Source: a virus (taxonomy: Duplodnaviria > Caudoviricetes). Taken from it: a stretch of DNA of 64,000 bases. Of the stretch, positions 18,475 to 28,596 are shown one piece after another. Positions within the stretch are counted from its first letter, which is position 1, and each line of letters begins with the position of its first letter. The stretch lies in the IMG/VR virus record IMGVR_UViG_3300030330_003913. One strand, written 5' to 3'. Both the position numbers and the translations under genes were made by a program. Under the pieces are notes generated by a model. The model searched no databases and was not told where the DNA came from. It was given only the letters and a program-made list of their open reading frames with translations.

Positions 18475-18974
18475 TTTCTTTTCTTCTTTGGTAGTAATTG
18501 TAGTGATGTAATATCATTTACAATTTTAGTTTTTGTCATTAATGTAATTTTATCTTTTTGGTATAATTCCTTAACGAAGTCTAAGGCTGGTTCATAACCC
18601 CATTTATCATAATAATCAATACAAGTATCAACAACCATATCATATGGTCTTGATTTATTTTTAAGTGGTTTACCTTTAGGGCCGATAACTTTCTTAGGTT
18701 TAAACTTACCACTATTATAATCTTCTAACCACCTATCCCAAGAGTTATCAGAATAAATACCCTTTGCGATACGAGTACCACCAACACTTCGTCTATCCAT
18801 TCGTTTAATATTATTGGATGTAGTCTCTGATACTGGTTGTACAAATGCACCTGTTTTATGTGGATACACTACATGTGCAGAATACTTTTCTGTTTCACTA
18901 CAATCAGTACACTCGGTGTAACCCAAGTGATATCTATAATCATCTACCTTGTTTTCACACTTGGTACATTTCAT
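18447..18974 (-). CDS. Zn-ribbon hypothetical protein
   Basis: CTKC...CTDC. Confidence 0.55.
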   Translation of the reverse strand: MKCTKCENKVDDYRYHLGYTECTDCSETEKYSAHVVYPHKTGAFVQPVSETTSNNIKRMDRRSVGGTRIAKGIYSDNSWDRWLEDYNSGKFKPKKVIGPKGKPLKNKSRPYDMVVDTCIDYYDKWGYEPALDFVKELYQKDKITLMTKTKIVNDITSLQLLPKKKRKWVLKNQHI

Positions 18975-19502
18975 TTAGAAATCACCTGGGGCTACTTGGA
19001 ATGTATTAAGACCTAAGTCTCTCCACATCTTGACAACTTTATCCCTATCGTCAACCACAAGAAAAACATCGTTGATATCTACAAAAGTATCTAACATCTT
19101 TTTCTTGAGAATTTCATCAGGCATAAACCTCATATCAAAAGTGGCAGGATTACCATCGGCAATCGGCCAAGACTTATCTTTGAACTTATCTGGTCTAAGA
19201 ACCAAAAGGTCAAATGGTACATCATGTTTCTGTAACCATTCCTGAGTCGCGAAAAAACCTCTGTCATTCCTACCACTAAAGATAACAACTCTGAATCCAT
19301 CTTTGTGGAACATTTGTGCCATCTTTATGACTGGATGATTTGGTTCATCCCAATGAAGAATAGAATCTGGTGATGCAAATAAATCCCAATTAAGTTTACC
19401 ATTTGGTTTAGTGGAATTATCTCTCCTAACATCAATATTAGCGAGAGTACCATCTAAGTCAAATATAACCGTTTTCTTGTTCATAATATCTCCTTTTAAC
19501 AT
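18975..19502 (-). CDS. HAD-family polynucleotide 3'-phosphatase (PseT phosphatase domain-like)
   Basis: DLDGT, SGR, DEILK, DDRDKVVKMWRDLGL. Confidence 0.85.
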   Translation of the reverse strand: MLKGDIMNKKTVIFDLDGTLANIDVRRDNSTKPNGKLNWDLFASPDSILHWDEPNHPVIKMAQMFHKDGFRVVIFSGRNDRGFFATQEWLQKHDVPFDLLVLRPDKFKDKSWPIADGNPATFDMRFMPDEILKKKMLDTFVDINDVFLVVDDRDKVVKMWRDLGLNTFQVAPGDF

Positions 19503-19507
19503 ACCTA

Positions 19508-19539
19508 AAGATACGAATAAAATACTATGTAAGTCAAGC
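19508..19539 (-). promoter_or_regulatory. Sigma70-type promoter
   Basis: GCTTGACT-N18-TATCTT. Confidence 0.7.
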
Positions 19540-19540
19540 T

Positions 19541-19918
19541 TTATTTTCGTTTTTTCTTATTTTTTTTCATTGATTTTCTGTAGTATAGATATTTGAGTAT
19601 CTCATACTTTGCCTCGGAACCACGAACTCCTGCGACTGGTGTGATTTGTTCTACTTCATAGTAGACATCAGTAACCTCTTGGATTTCTTCCCATTCATAA
19701 TTATCCCAAAGGTTATCAAGGTCAAGAGACAAAGTATCCTCTACCTCTTGACCCATTAAACTACTGAGTGAGAAGAGTAGGTAATTCTGATAAATAAAAT
19801 GTCGTAGAATCATATTCATAAAAGTAAATGTCATCATTCTTTCTATGATGATATATTCTTCCATTACCTGCATCATCATAATCAACCTGCCACTCATCAT
19901 CCTCATCAGGTATACCAT
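19541..19918 (-). CDS. Small protein downstream of the pilins (true start internal)
   Basis: C-terminal half acidic then PVAGVRGSEA; N-terminal half overlaps the pilin gene. Confidence 0.45.
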   Translation of the reverse strand: MVYLMRMMSGRLIMMMQVMEEYIIIERMMTFTFMNMILRHFIYQNYLLFSLSSLMGQEVEDTLSLDLDNLWDNYEWEEIQEVTDVYYEVEQITPVAGVRGSEAKYEILKYLYYRKSMKKNKKKRK

Positions 19919-20201
19919 ACTCTAAGTTGACTTTTACATTACGACTCCTACCAATAATAGTTAGTGGATGTGTAGGCCAACTCTCAATACCAGTTGCGAG
20001 TAATCTTTCAGATGCCTCTTGTTCTAATCCTGCCCATATCATATCAACGAATGCCTTTTCTGCTGCATTCTCTGCATTATTTAATGTATCGGCGTATCTT
20101 GGTATCGCGACTGCTGCGAGTATCCCTAAGATTATTGTTACCATTACTAACTCTATTAGTGTGAACCCTTTACTTGTTTTCTTCATGATTTTCCCTTTCA
20201 T
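19761..20201 (-). CDS. Type IV pilin / pseudopilin (class III signal peptide)
   Basis: KG|FTLIELVMVTIILGILAAVAIPRY: G-1, F+1, E+5. Confidence 0.9.
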   Translation of the reverse strand: MKGKIMKKTSKGFTLIELVMVTIILGILAAVAIPRYADTLNNAENAAEKAFVDMIWAGLEQEASERLLATGIESWPTHPLTIIGRSRNVKVNLEYGIPDEDDEWQVDYDDAGNGRIYHHRKNDDIYFYEYDSTTFYLSELPTLLTQ

Positions 20202-20204
20202 GTG

Positions 20205-20831
20205 TTACGGTTGAAGTTTCTTATGTAAGTCTGTTGGATTTTCTAAATCTGCCACATACAAGATTGGTGAGTATGATGCAGTTCCTGCACCACCACCTGG
20301 TATTACTATGAAAATATAGTGTCCATCCTGAAATGGTGATTTGATTGCGTTTCTACCGAATTGGTCTAAGAATTCTTCTGCCCCTACTGATACATTATAG
20401 AAGTCATCAAAATTATCATCTTCAGATGTAGAGATATTGTGTCCACTTGGTGCAGGTGCAGTGGGATGATTAGTACTAAATACTGATACCCAATTCGTAC
20501 CCTCAACATTATCATATGAACCAAATCCTTGTATCGCACTTAATAAAGCTTCTTCTGTTTGGTATCCACCAACTGCCTCATCATACTTTACTTGACCAGG
20601 AAACCTACCTCTACCCTCACGAACTACCATATCATTATAGAAGTTCATAGCAGATTGAGTTATCTTATCTATATCGGCCTCTGTTTTTCTTTCCTTTGCT
20701 GCCTCACCCACTCCACTAAATCTTGGAGCTGCGGTAGTTGCCAAGGTTGCCATCATTGCAGTAGTGACTGCAAACTCTGCGAGAGAATTACCTCTCTTAC
20801 TTTTTATTTTTTTCATTAGGTTTTTAAACAT
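20205..20831 (-). CDS. Type IV pilin-like protein with atypical N+1
   Basis: KRG|NSLAEFAVTTAMMATLATTAAPRF: G-1, E+5, P+22. Confidence 0.8.
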   Translation of the reverse strand: MFKNLMKKIKSKRGNSLAEFAVTTAMMATLATTAAPRFSGVGEAAKERKTEADIDKITQSAMNFYNDMVVREGRGRFPGQVKYDEAVGGYQTEEALLSAIQGFGSYDNVEGTNWVSVFSTNHPTAPAPSGHNISTSEDDNFDDFYNVSVGAEEFLDQFGRNAIKSPFQDGHYIFIVIPGGGAGTASYSPILYVADLENPTDLHKKLQP

Positions 20832-20867
20832 TATTCTTCTCCTTTAATGTTATTCTACTATATATGT

Positions 20868-20884
20868 TACAAAAAGCATACCAA
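20868..20884 (-). promoter_or_regulatory. Sigma54-type -24/-12 promoter of pilin genes
   Basis: TTGGTATGCTTTTTGTA: GG-N10-GT (canonical GG-N10-GC). Confidence 0.6.
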
Positions 20885-20976
20885 ACTGCGTTATTTTTAA
20901 AAAATAATTTAATTTATTTTTAAGTCTGTATATATGTGAAGTTAGAGATGAGAAATTTTAGATAATATTAGGCAAT

Positions 20977-20999
20977 AAAAAACCACCGAGTTGGTGGTT
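20977..20999 (-). terminator. Intrinsic terminator
   Basis: AACCACC-AACTC-GGTGGTT followed by U-run. Confidence 0.75.
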
Positions 21000-21008
21000 A
21001 ATTATTTG

Positions 21009-21057
21009 TGTCTTGTTTTGATACATGAAGTGTCACATATGTGTTCAAAATGTTACA
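21009..21057. promoter_or_regulatory. Candidate enhancer (bEBP UAS) pair
   Basis: TGT-N11-ACA at 21009-21025 and TGT-N10-ACA at 21042-21057. Confidence 0.45.
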
Positions 21058-21340
21058 CTCCTTTAAACATGTCCCAAATATGTTTGAACAATAACCCTAC
21101 GAAACCTGTTCCAATAACACCTCTCCATTTTTGTGAGTCTTTTCTGAATTGTGAATTGAGTTTTGTTTCCGCCCATAATCCTTCATGTGGATTGAATAAG
21201 TTTTCCTTGATAAAACTGAGAGATTCATCTGTTTTTTGATGTGCAGTTTCCATCTCTACTTTTAAATCCTCAATAGATTGTGTAATGTGGTCAATCTTAT
21301 TATGGATTAGGTCAAATTCTGTTCTGTCTTTTTGGTTCAA
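21053..21340 (-). CDS. Coiled-coil protein with C-terminal TM (XhlA/holin-like architecture)
   Basis: TTG start after GGAG; C-terminal WRGVIGTGFVGLLF. Confidence 0.5.
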   Translation of the reverse strand: MNQKDRTEFDLIHNKIDHITQSIEDLKVEMETAHQKTDESLSFIKENLFNPHEGLWAETKLNSQFRKDSQKWRGVIGTGFVGLLFKHIWDMFKGV

Positions 21341-21392
21341 GGTAATTCTCCATAGTTTGTATTCTACTATAAATATCAAACTTCTAAAAAAC

Positions 21393-22136
21393 TTATATGG
21401 AAAATAACTCGTTAAAAAAATTATTTTTTCTACTGATTTTTGTAATTCTCTTTGTGATAAATCTATTTTTATTATTGTGTTCAATGTATTCAAAAACTTC
21501 CATAGATTTCTTCATATCTTCAATATATTTTTTAGTAACTATATTATCCATAAAATCTATTTTTTTAAATCTTTCATCATGTATTAAAAAAGTTTTTAAT
21601 GTACTTACTTCATTTTTGTGACTTGGTACATCATCATAATTACTTTTCCAATAAAAATTTTCAATTTGTTTAGACAAAAACCATTGTATATAATAACTCC
21701 AATGTTCTTTTAGATTAATAAAATGAACTTTATTTAAATCTTTAAATCCACCAAGTACATGTATTCTATTGTGTAAGTCTATAACTGAATGGTGATGGCC
21801 AATAACTTTATCTTTTTTCTCTGTATAAACTTGATATAATCTATCAACTAAATCTGGTCTCCTTTCAATTATCTCATCATGCCATATATAACCCTCAAAA
21901 TATCCTCTCAAATCTTGGACTTGACCAGATAAAAACCTTTCAAGTGGATTTCTATATATAAATACTTTTAAGTAATCTTCATATTTTTCATAATCAATTT
22001 CATCACTCGGAAAGTGTTCATAACTGACATTTTTTAAATAAATGTTTCTTATATTACTTGAACCAAGTTTGGCACCAGTATATATCATTACTTTACTTTT
22101 AGGTATTGTAAATACTGATGCCTGAATGGGAACCAT
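21393..22136 (-). CDS. Sulfotransferase-like protein
   Basis: AKLGSS and YRNPLERFLSG PAPS-binding motifs. Confidence 0.6.
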   Translation of the reverse strand: MVPIQASVFTIPKSKVMIYTGAKLGSSNIRNIYLKNVSYEHFPSDEIDYEKYEDYLKVFIYRNPLERFLSGQVQDLRGYFEGYIWHDEIIERRPDLVDRLYQVYTEKKDKVIGHHHSVIDLHNRIHVLGGFKDLNKVHFINLKEHWSYYIQWFLSKQIENFYWKSNYDDVPSHKNEVSTLKTFLIHDERFKKIDFMDNIVTKKYIEDMKKSMEVFEYIEHNNKNRFITKRITKISRKNNFFNELFSI

Positions 22137-22384
22137 TATTTTTTATAATTTTTCTTATAAGGTCTTCTTTTTCTTGATTGTGGTTTACCTTTTTTGGTTA
22201 ATTTAAAGATTTCTTTTTTCAATAACTCTCTTTGAGTTCTTAAATCCTCTACCTCACCATTTAAGTCACTAATATCATCTCTTAGTTTGTTATCTCTATT
22301 GATACTAACTAATCCTAATATTAATATACCTAATGTTATACCTAAAAATATTCCACAACTAAATGCAATCCATACTGCTTCCAT
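22136..22384 (-). CDS. Membrane-anchored coiled-coil protein
   Basis: N-terminal TM, coiled coil, basic tail. Confidence 0.55.
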   Translation of the reverse strand: MEAVWIAFSCGIFLGITLGILILGLVSINRDNKLRDDISDLNGEVEDLRTQRELLKKEIFKLTKKGKPQSRKRRPYKKNYKK

Positions 22385-22493
22385 TATCTTATATCCCTTT
22401 CAACATCTCTGTATTGTTCAAAAATATCTTTATCTAATTCTACATTTAATCTGTAAAATACAATACAAAAAACTATTGTTATTATTGTTTCAA

Positions 22494-22769
22494 TCATCCT
22501 AATCCATCCTTACCACTTAAGGCATCATCTGTTTCAACTTTATCTTCTTTCCACCATTGATATGGTGTTACTGATGATGGTTTTCTATTTGTTGCCTCAA
22601 ACTGAGTATCATATTCTTGTCTACTCATCACTTTCCATAGTTTATCAAATTCGTGTACTTCTATTTGTTTTCTACCAACAAAATAAGTCTTTGCTCCATT
22701 TAATCCCACATCACTCATGTCTACTTTATCAACTATTTCATCTAATTTATTCACTAAAACATACTGCAA
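22494..22769 (-). CDS. Hypothetical protein
   Basis: AGGAG RBS, TTG start. Confidence 0.55.
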   Translation of the reverse strand: MQYVLVNKLDEIVDKVDMSDVGLNGAKTYFVGRKQIEVHEFDKLWKVMSRQEYDTQFEATNRKPSSVTPYQWWKEDKVETDDALSGKDGLG

Positions 22770-22779
22770 CTTTACTCTC

Positions 22780-23403
22780 CTATTTTAATATTATACCAAA
22801 GGTTTTGTCCTTGTAATTGTTATGCCAGTCTGTAAATGATACATTGACCCATGCAGTATCACTTACCATTGTTTGGACTGGTGCAAACATTGTATTGATT
22901 TCACCTGTACCATCATCTTTGATAGTTGGATAAGATGCAGAATTAATTGTTGGAACTTCTTGTCCACTAAATCCTGTGACATATGTAGTATCATAAGATA
23001 CATATTCAACATCATCAGTATAATCATATTTTACTATATATCCAAGTGTATCTCCTAACACCCAATATAAATTAGAACGCCAATGTATCTTTAATGATTC
23101 CATATCATTTCGTTCCCAAGACTCATAGTCTGTTTTACTACTGATGACTCTACCCTCTAATCTTTGGATAGTTTGCCAGTTTTCATTATCTAACTCAAGA
23201 TGGTAGTATCCATTCTCATCTTGTGGTAAATCAATTCTTAATTCTAAATCAAATGTGGGATAATCTGACGATGAGTAACCACTACCAAATGTATCATATA
23301 GTTGTTCCCATGTAGATTCACACCCTACAAATATTAATAAACTAATTCCTATTAGGATGTTTTTTGTTAAATTTATTACTTTGTTTTTTATTGAGTTCAT
23401 CAT
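22780..23403 (-). CDS. Lipoprotein (paralog of 10603..11133)
   Basis: Lipobox FVGC. Confidence 0.7.
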   Translation of the reverse strand: MMNSIKNKVINLTKNILIGISLLIFVGCESTWEQLYDTFGSGYSSSDYPTFDLELRIDLPQDENGYYHLELDNENWQTIQRLEGRVISSKTDYESWERNDMESLKIHWRSNLYWVLGDTLGYIVKYDYTDDVEYVSYDTTYVTGFSGQEVPTINSASYPTIKDDGTGEINTMFAPVQTMVSDTAWVNVSFTDWHNNYKDKTFGIILK

Positions 23404-23515
23404 AACTTTTTTTCTTCCTTTTTGGTTTTATTTTTGGTTGTATTCTTTCACGAAAAGTCTCTTCTTCAAGTTCTTCCCATTCATTCCAATCATACTTTGG
23501 CATTTGTAACTCCCT

Positions 23516-23547
23516 AATATACTAATTTATTATGATACGAGTCAAGC
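23516..23547 (-). promoter_or_regulatory. Sigma70-type promoter
   Basis: GCTTGACT-N18-TATATT. Confidence 0.75.
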
Positions 23548-23784
23548 TCTTTTTATCTTTAATTTCTCAACAATATCAAGAAATTCTGTCATAGAGTACT
23601 TCTGTCCCTTTTCATCAAGTATCATATAGTTCTCTAATGATTCAGGACTCGTGTTTATCATATTGTTTAGTGCCATCCACCCTTGTTCAGGATAAAATGA
23701 ACCTAAACTTTCTTCACCCAATATATTACTACTGAACATTAAGTTTTCTTTTGACTCTTTTTTATTGAGTATGAAATATGTCAT
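23542..23784 (-). CDS. Hypothetical protein
   Basis: GAGG RBS. Confidence 0.55.
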   Translation of the reverse strand: MTYFILNKKESKENLMFSSNILGEESLGSFYPEQGWMALNNMINTSPESLENYMILDEKGQKYSMTEFLDIVEKLKIKRA

Positions 23785-24436
23785 GTATATCCTCTGATAC
23801 TATTTTATATCCTTTTGTTGATGGATGTGCTCTTCCTTTTACAAATGGATTGGTTTTATCCAATCCTCTTTCAAATAACTCTGAATCTTTTTTGTTTAAT
23901 AACATATCAGTAATAGAACTATCTGTATATAAATAGTTTTCTTTTTTTACAAAATCAGGTTTTTTATAACTTTCTACCGTATTTATAAATACATAACCCT
24001 TTACATTTGGTGTATTATCAAGTATATGTTTTACTTCTAACAACCAAATTTTACATAATGTATTAAAATATTCATCATTATAACAATAAATTAAATAATC
24101 TTCCCATAGTTTATTATCTTGTGGTTTTATAAGATTAGGATGGTCGTATTTGTCCTCTTGAAGGATATTTCTACCCCATGAAGATGCAAAACCTAACCAT
24201 GGTAAATTTTCTCTCAAAAATGATGTTACACCCACTACACAAAAACACTCTTCATTAAATGGATTTTCTTTGATAGAAGATAATACTTCAGTATTATTTG
24301 AACCTGCATACCCATAATTACTAACACTCCAACCTTCTTCACTTAACCAATAATCAATACCCATTCTTCTACCATCCTCATGGTGGTCTGCACAAGAACC
24401 ATATATAAAACTATCTCCAAATAAATTAATTATCAT
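23762..24436 (-). CDS. SGNH/GDSL-like hydrolase
   Basis: FGDSFIYG, NYGYAGSNN, AHPSTKGY. Confidence 0.75.
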   Translation of the reverse strand: MIINLFGDSFIYGSCADHHEDGRRMGIDYWLSEEGWSVSNYGYAGSNNTEVLSSIKENPFNEECFCVVGVTSFLRENLPWLGFASSWGRNILQEDKYDHPNLIKPQDNKLWEDYLIYCYNDEYFNTLCKIWLLEVKHILDNTPNVKGYVFINTVESYKKPDFVKKENYLYTDSSITDMLLNKKDSELFERGLDKTNPFVKGRAHPSTKGYKIVSEDIHDIFHTQ

Positions 24437-25613
24437 TTTTAATTAACGACTCCTCTGAAGTTTGTAGATTAGTAATTCTAATTTTTAATATACCTAATTC
24501 AAATGAACCAAAGTCTCCACTATCTTTTATTATATCAGGTAACTTTGTAATGTATTGGAAGTTCTCACTATTTAATCTTTCACCATCAACCCTAACCACA
24601 ACACCATTTTTAGGATATGCCCTATCACGATGAACTCTTCTTCTCAATGGATAATCAGTTCTTGGTTGTTCATTCTTAATATACTCCTGTATGTAACCAC
24701 CATCTGGTACAAAAATATTACTACACCATGGTTCACAATTGGATAAGATATTGTAATCACAATAATTCTCAATCACAATACCAATATTGTATTTAGGTGA
24801 GACTATCGGTTTCATGTATTCATCATGTTGAACTGCAGTTCCCCACTTTCTTATGAAGTTTCTCATATTTTTAGTTGTTGTCTCAATCCATTCAGGACTA
24901 TCTTTACCTGGTGCACCACCTGCAGATGGATTAAATCTTGAACCTCTACAAGTCATATGATAAACATAACCTTGCCAAGTCTGTATAAACTTAACATCAT
25001 TTAAATGTAGTCTATTGAATATATCTGAATCTTCTTTACTTTGTGGTCTGAATAATTTATCATGTCCACCAACATTTTGGAAGTCTTCCTTGTATATTGC
25101 CCAAGGTGCAAACACACCCTCTGTAACTCTATCTTCACCTTGTTTGTCTTCTTCAAGAAACTCTAATAATCCTTCTTCATCAAACTCTTCAGGTTCTATT
25201 CCAAAGTCCTTCAATACTTTTTCTGGCCCATCAGGATGTAATGGTGGTTCTATTCTTGTAAGTGATACAACCTTACCTTTTTCTAACAATCTATCTATTT
25301 CTTTATCTGCATTTGGACACAAATACATATCGGAATGAAAGAACACAACTCTATCATTGGTTGCATACTCATTCACTAATTTATCATATAGTATTGTAAG
25401 TCCTTCTCTTTCGGGGCCTTTGTTTACATGAAGTTTGATATTTTTATCTCTCTTCATCCAAACTAATATATGTTCTAATGTTCCATCTGTTGAGGCATCA
25501 TCTGCAAAACATATTTCATGTTCTACTGACGAGTTCTTACGAATACTCTCGTAACACCACTTCAGATAAGTTAGATTATTTCTACTTGGTATTATAAAAC
25601 TAATCGGTTTCAT
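24426..25613 (-). CDS. GT2 glycosyltransferase
   Basis: SFIIPSRN, DDASTDGT, HSDMY, EDSD. Confidence 0.85.
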   Translation of the reverse strand: MKPISFIIPSRNNLTYLKWCYESIRKNSSVEHEICFADDASTDGTLEHILVWMKRDKNIKLHVNKGPEREGLTILYDKLVNEYATNDRVVFFHSDMYLCPNADKEIDRLLEKGKVVSLTRIEPPLHPDGPEKVLKDFGIEPEEFDEEGLLEFLEEDKQGEDRVTEGVFAPWAIYKEDFQNVGGHDKLFRPQSKEDSDIFNRLHLNDVKFIQTWQGYVYHMTCRGSRFNPSAGGAPGKDSPEWIETTTKNMRNFIRKWGTAVQHDEYMKPIVSPKYNIGIVIENYCDYNILSNCEPWCSNIFVPDGGYIQEYIKNEQPRTDYPLRRRVHRDRAYPKNGVVVRVDGERLNSENFQYITKLPDIIKDSGDFGSFELGILKIRITNLQTSEESLIKNDN

Positions 25614-26613
25614 TTTCTTTTAACCACTCTCTTAAATGTTCTAATCGTTTCTCTTCACTTGGAAATGCACCTTTGTTACATTTTCTACACATTCTAAGTT
25701 TATCTCTATGTCCTTCTTTTAGTGTCTCTCTGTAATGAGTATATGAATCATTAATCCATACTTCTTCAATTCTTTCATTCAATACATTACCATGTATCAC
25801 TTTATATTCCCAATCACAACAACATAACAATGCATCTCCATTCCATTTGATATACATTTGTGAACTTGGAAAATGACAATCTTTTTGTGGAACTGGCATA
25901 TCAGGATTTACATTTGTTAAACCACCACGATTCCAAAATGTAAATGGGCCGAAGTGACTATCCTTTGACATACCCTTTTTCATTTGTGTCACATTGTAAT
26001 TTGATGACAATGTAATAAAACATTTACCATTAACACCTTGAAATGGTTCTAATTGTTTTAGTAATTTAGTGGCATATCTATCATCAAAATAATCATCTAT
26101 TTGTATTGAAGTTAGTCCTGCATCAATCATATCACCAAGAAGTTCTGTAGTTAATCCTGTTCCATTTGTATTAATTTTGATTGGATTTTTTGGTAAATAT
26201 TTTCTTGTTATTCCAATTATCTCTACCATTCTATCTTTATCCATTAATGGTTCATTCATAAGATAAGGTGAAACTCTACCAGTAAAATTTAAGTCTGCCA
26301 AGTTCTTTACTATTTTGGTATAGTTTTCAATAGACATTATATTATAAGGAATACCTTTTTTCTTTCCCTCTAACCTATCCCATATCATATAGTGATTAGG
26401 ACAAAAGTCACATTTCAAATTACAAAATTCTATTGTTTGAATTTGTATCTGACCAAATAATGGAAATCCTTCTATTTTTGGTGGTTCATAACCTAATGAT
26501 AAGTGTGGATTAACTGCGTCATGTGTTGCAACATCTTCTGATGGAACACCAATTAGTATATCTCTAATTGGATAAAATTCTATGTGTTTGTTTGGTTCCA
26601 ATGTTTTAACCAT
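25600..26613 (-). CDS. Radical SAM/SPASM protein
   Basis: CNLKCDFC; NEPL; C-terminal CC.D...C..C. Confidence 0.9.
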   Translation of the reverse strand: MVKTLEPNKHIEFYPIRDILIGVPSEDVATHDAVNPHLSLGYEPPKIEGFPLFGQIQIQTIEFCNLKCDFCPNHYMIWDRLEGKKKGIPYNIMSIENYTKIVKNLADLNFTGRVSPYLMNEPLMDKDRMVEIIGITRKYLPKNPIKINTNGTGLTTELLGDMIDAGLTSIQIDDYFDDRYATKLLKQLEPFQGVNGKCFITLSSNYNVTQMKKGMSKDSHFGPFTFWNRGGLTNVNPDMPVPQKDCHFPSSQMYIKWNGDALLCCCDWEYKVIHGNVLNERIEEVWINDSYTHYRETLKEGHRDKLRMCRKCNKGAFPSEEKRLEHLREWLKENETD

Positions 26614-27488
26614 GCCTCCTCTGTATAATAATCATTAAATCTTTTCAATGCAGTCTCACTACATAATTTATAAAACTTCTCATCCTTTAGTTTCTTACCC
26701 AATTCAACTGCTTTGTCTAAATCACCAACCTCAACTGAAGTCAATGGATGGATTAATTCTTGTGTATCTAATCCCTTATATCCGATACAAGGTATTCCAT
26801 GAAACCCACAATTCATACTAAAGGTTCCTGCAGCGTGTGTTCTCATTAAATGAACACCTATATTATATTGTGATAAACTATTTACCCAATCTCTCCAACT
26901 CATATAAGGTAGATAATTTATGTCCTCTATTAAATCTTCTTGTTCTTGTTTTCTACCCATTGATGGACAACTAATAGGATTACCTATCTGTCTCGCAACC
27001 ATATAGGAATCAAATCCACCATACCAACTACAAAAGTTACCACCAATCATTGTACCATCACCCCACTCACTTCTTGGAAGTAAACCATCAGTAATCATTA
27101 AACTTCTCATCACTCGTACATCTTTACACCCTAATCCAAGATAATAATTTACATCACTTTCATTATGACAATAAACCCAATCTGCGTCTATCAATGCATT
27201 ATAATACTGAAATTGTTTATCAATAGTATAATCTTGAAAATACCAATTAGGGCCTTCTTGCATTACTGCAACCTTATCACAATAACTTCTGAATGTCTGT
27301 ATGTTTATATTAGGATTGTTCTTTGGTATTATTACAATACCCAAATCACATTTATCTCTTGGTGTTTGTCCTATTGGACACCACTCTGCATCTAATGCAA
27401 TACTCCAACCAAACTCTGTACGAGCGTTCTCAAAATCTCTTGGAACTTTACCTCTAACTTGACTCTCTGAAAAAAATACTATCTTCAT
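26580..27488 (-). CDS. GT-B fold glycosyltransferase-like protein
   Basis: AAGTFSMNC..GIPCIG acceptor-domain pattern. Confidence 0.6.
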   Translation of the reverse strand: MKIVFFSESQVRGKVPRDFENARTEFGWSIALDAEWCPIGQTPRDKCDLGIVIIPKNNPNINIQTFRSYCDKVAVMQEGPNWYFQDYTIDKQFQYYNALIDADWVYCHNESDVNYYLGLGCKDVRVMRSLMITDGLLPRSEWGDGTMIGGNFCSWYGGFDSYMVARQIGNPISCPSMGRKQEQEDLIEDINYLPYMSWRDWVNSLSQYNIGVHLMRTHAAGTFSMNCGFHGIPCIGYKGLDTQELIHPLTSVEVGDLDKAVELGKKLKDEKFYKLCSETALKRFNDYYTEEAWLKHWNQTNT

Positions 27489-28159
27489 AAATCTGAAATC
27501 GTTTTGAACTCTATTGTGAATTGTGATAATAAATAGTCTAAGATTCTCTGAAAGTAAATAAAATTTTCTTCATTCCATGTATTATCATTCCAATCTCCTT
27601 GTATATGTGATTGGAACATAAATGTGTTTCCATATAATTTTACATCATCACTTTGATGAATACCATCTGCACCCCAAAATAACTTAGTGTCAAATCGTAT
27701 ACCTTGATTGATTTGTTCATGTTGTGCAACCCACTCAAAGTTTTCACTAACTACCTCTGCTGCCTCTTGTGATATTCCCCAACCTGGTGCTCTGAATCCT
27801 TTTGGTTTGTGTCCACATTGTTCCCATAGATTTAAACTATCTCTAACTCTATCAATCGCCTCATCCTTATTTAATTCTAAGAATTCTTGTTCACCTATTT
27901 CTTCTTTGGTATATTTCTTGACATCATGATAATGTCCATGATTACTCAACTCCACCCAATCAAATTGTTTCCAATATGACACCCAATCTTTTGTTAATGG
28001 ATATTCATTATGATAATAACTTGGACAAAATAAATTGAATTTAACTCCATATTTTTTATTGAGTTCTTTTAGATACTCTACTTGAATATCACCTTCACAA
28101 CCCCAACCTTTCTGTGGATGTAAATCATCTATTGCAACTATTAAATTCGTTTCTGTCAC
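27485..28159 (-). CDS. Polysaccharide deacetylase-like (DUF2334/NodB fold)
   Basis: IDD, HGHYH, GFRAPGW. Confidence 0.8.
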   Translation of the reverse strand: MTETNLIVAIDDLHPQKGWGCEGDIQVEYLKELNKKYGVKFNLFCPSYYHNEYPLTKDWVSYWKQFDWVELSNHGHYHDVKKYTKEEIGEQEFLELNKDEAIDRVRDSLNLWEQCGHKPKGFRAPGWGISQEAAEVVSENFEWVAQHEQINQGIRFDTKLFWGADGIHQSDDVKLYGNTFMFQSHIQGDWNDNTWNEENFIYFQRILDYLLSQFTIEFKTISDL

Positions 28160-28160
28160 T

Positions 28161-28409
28161 TTATCTCCAAGGTAACATAGTCATACCGACTAAATTAAGT
28201 AGACACTCTATAATAATTACAAATATAATACCACCGACTATTTGATATGTCCACCATTTCCAACCTTCTAAACTATCAACCCATTTACGAGACTTTGAAT
28301 TTCTTGCCTTATCATATAGACCACTCTCTTCACCTATCTTATTTGCCCAATAGTTTGGGTCTACCCAATCTTTTATTTTACTTAATATTTTAATTAACAT
28401 TTCTTCCAC
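28161..28409 (-). CDS. Small membrane protein
   Basis: C-terminal TM. Confidence 0.55.
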   Translation of the reverse strand: MEEMLIKILSKIKDWVDPNYWANKIGEESGLYDKARNSKSRKWVDSLEGWKWWTYQIVGGIIFVIIIECLLNLVGMTMLPWR

Positions 28410-28596
28410 TCCTTATTTTATTCCATACTCTTTCATGAAAATAAAAAAATATCATTCCTAATATATTCATAATCACTGCATTCCAAAATGGTATTTCAGT
28501 TATACCTAATGCCAGTACCATCCATGAATTACTAAATGCAATCAATCTCCATGTGATTGTTTTTTGTGTTGACCTACTTCTTGTTTCTTGGAACAT
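28390..28596 (-). CDS. DUF2061-family membrane protein
   Basis: ET..RS..KTITWR...YFHERVW. Confidence 0.8.
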   Translation of the reverse strand: MFQETRSRSTQKTITWRLIAFSNSWMVLALGITEIPFWNAVIMNILGMIFFYFHERVWNKIRSGRNVN

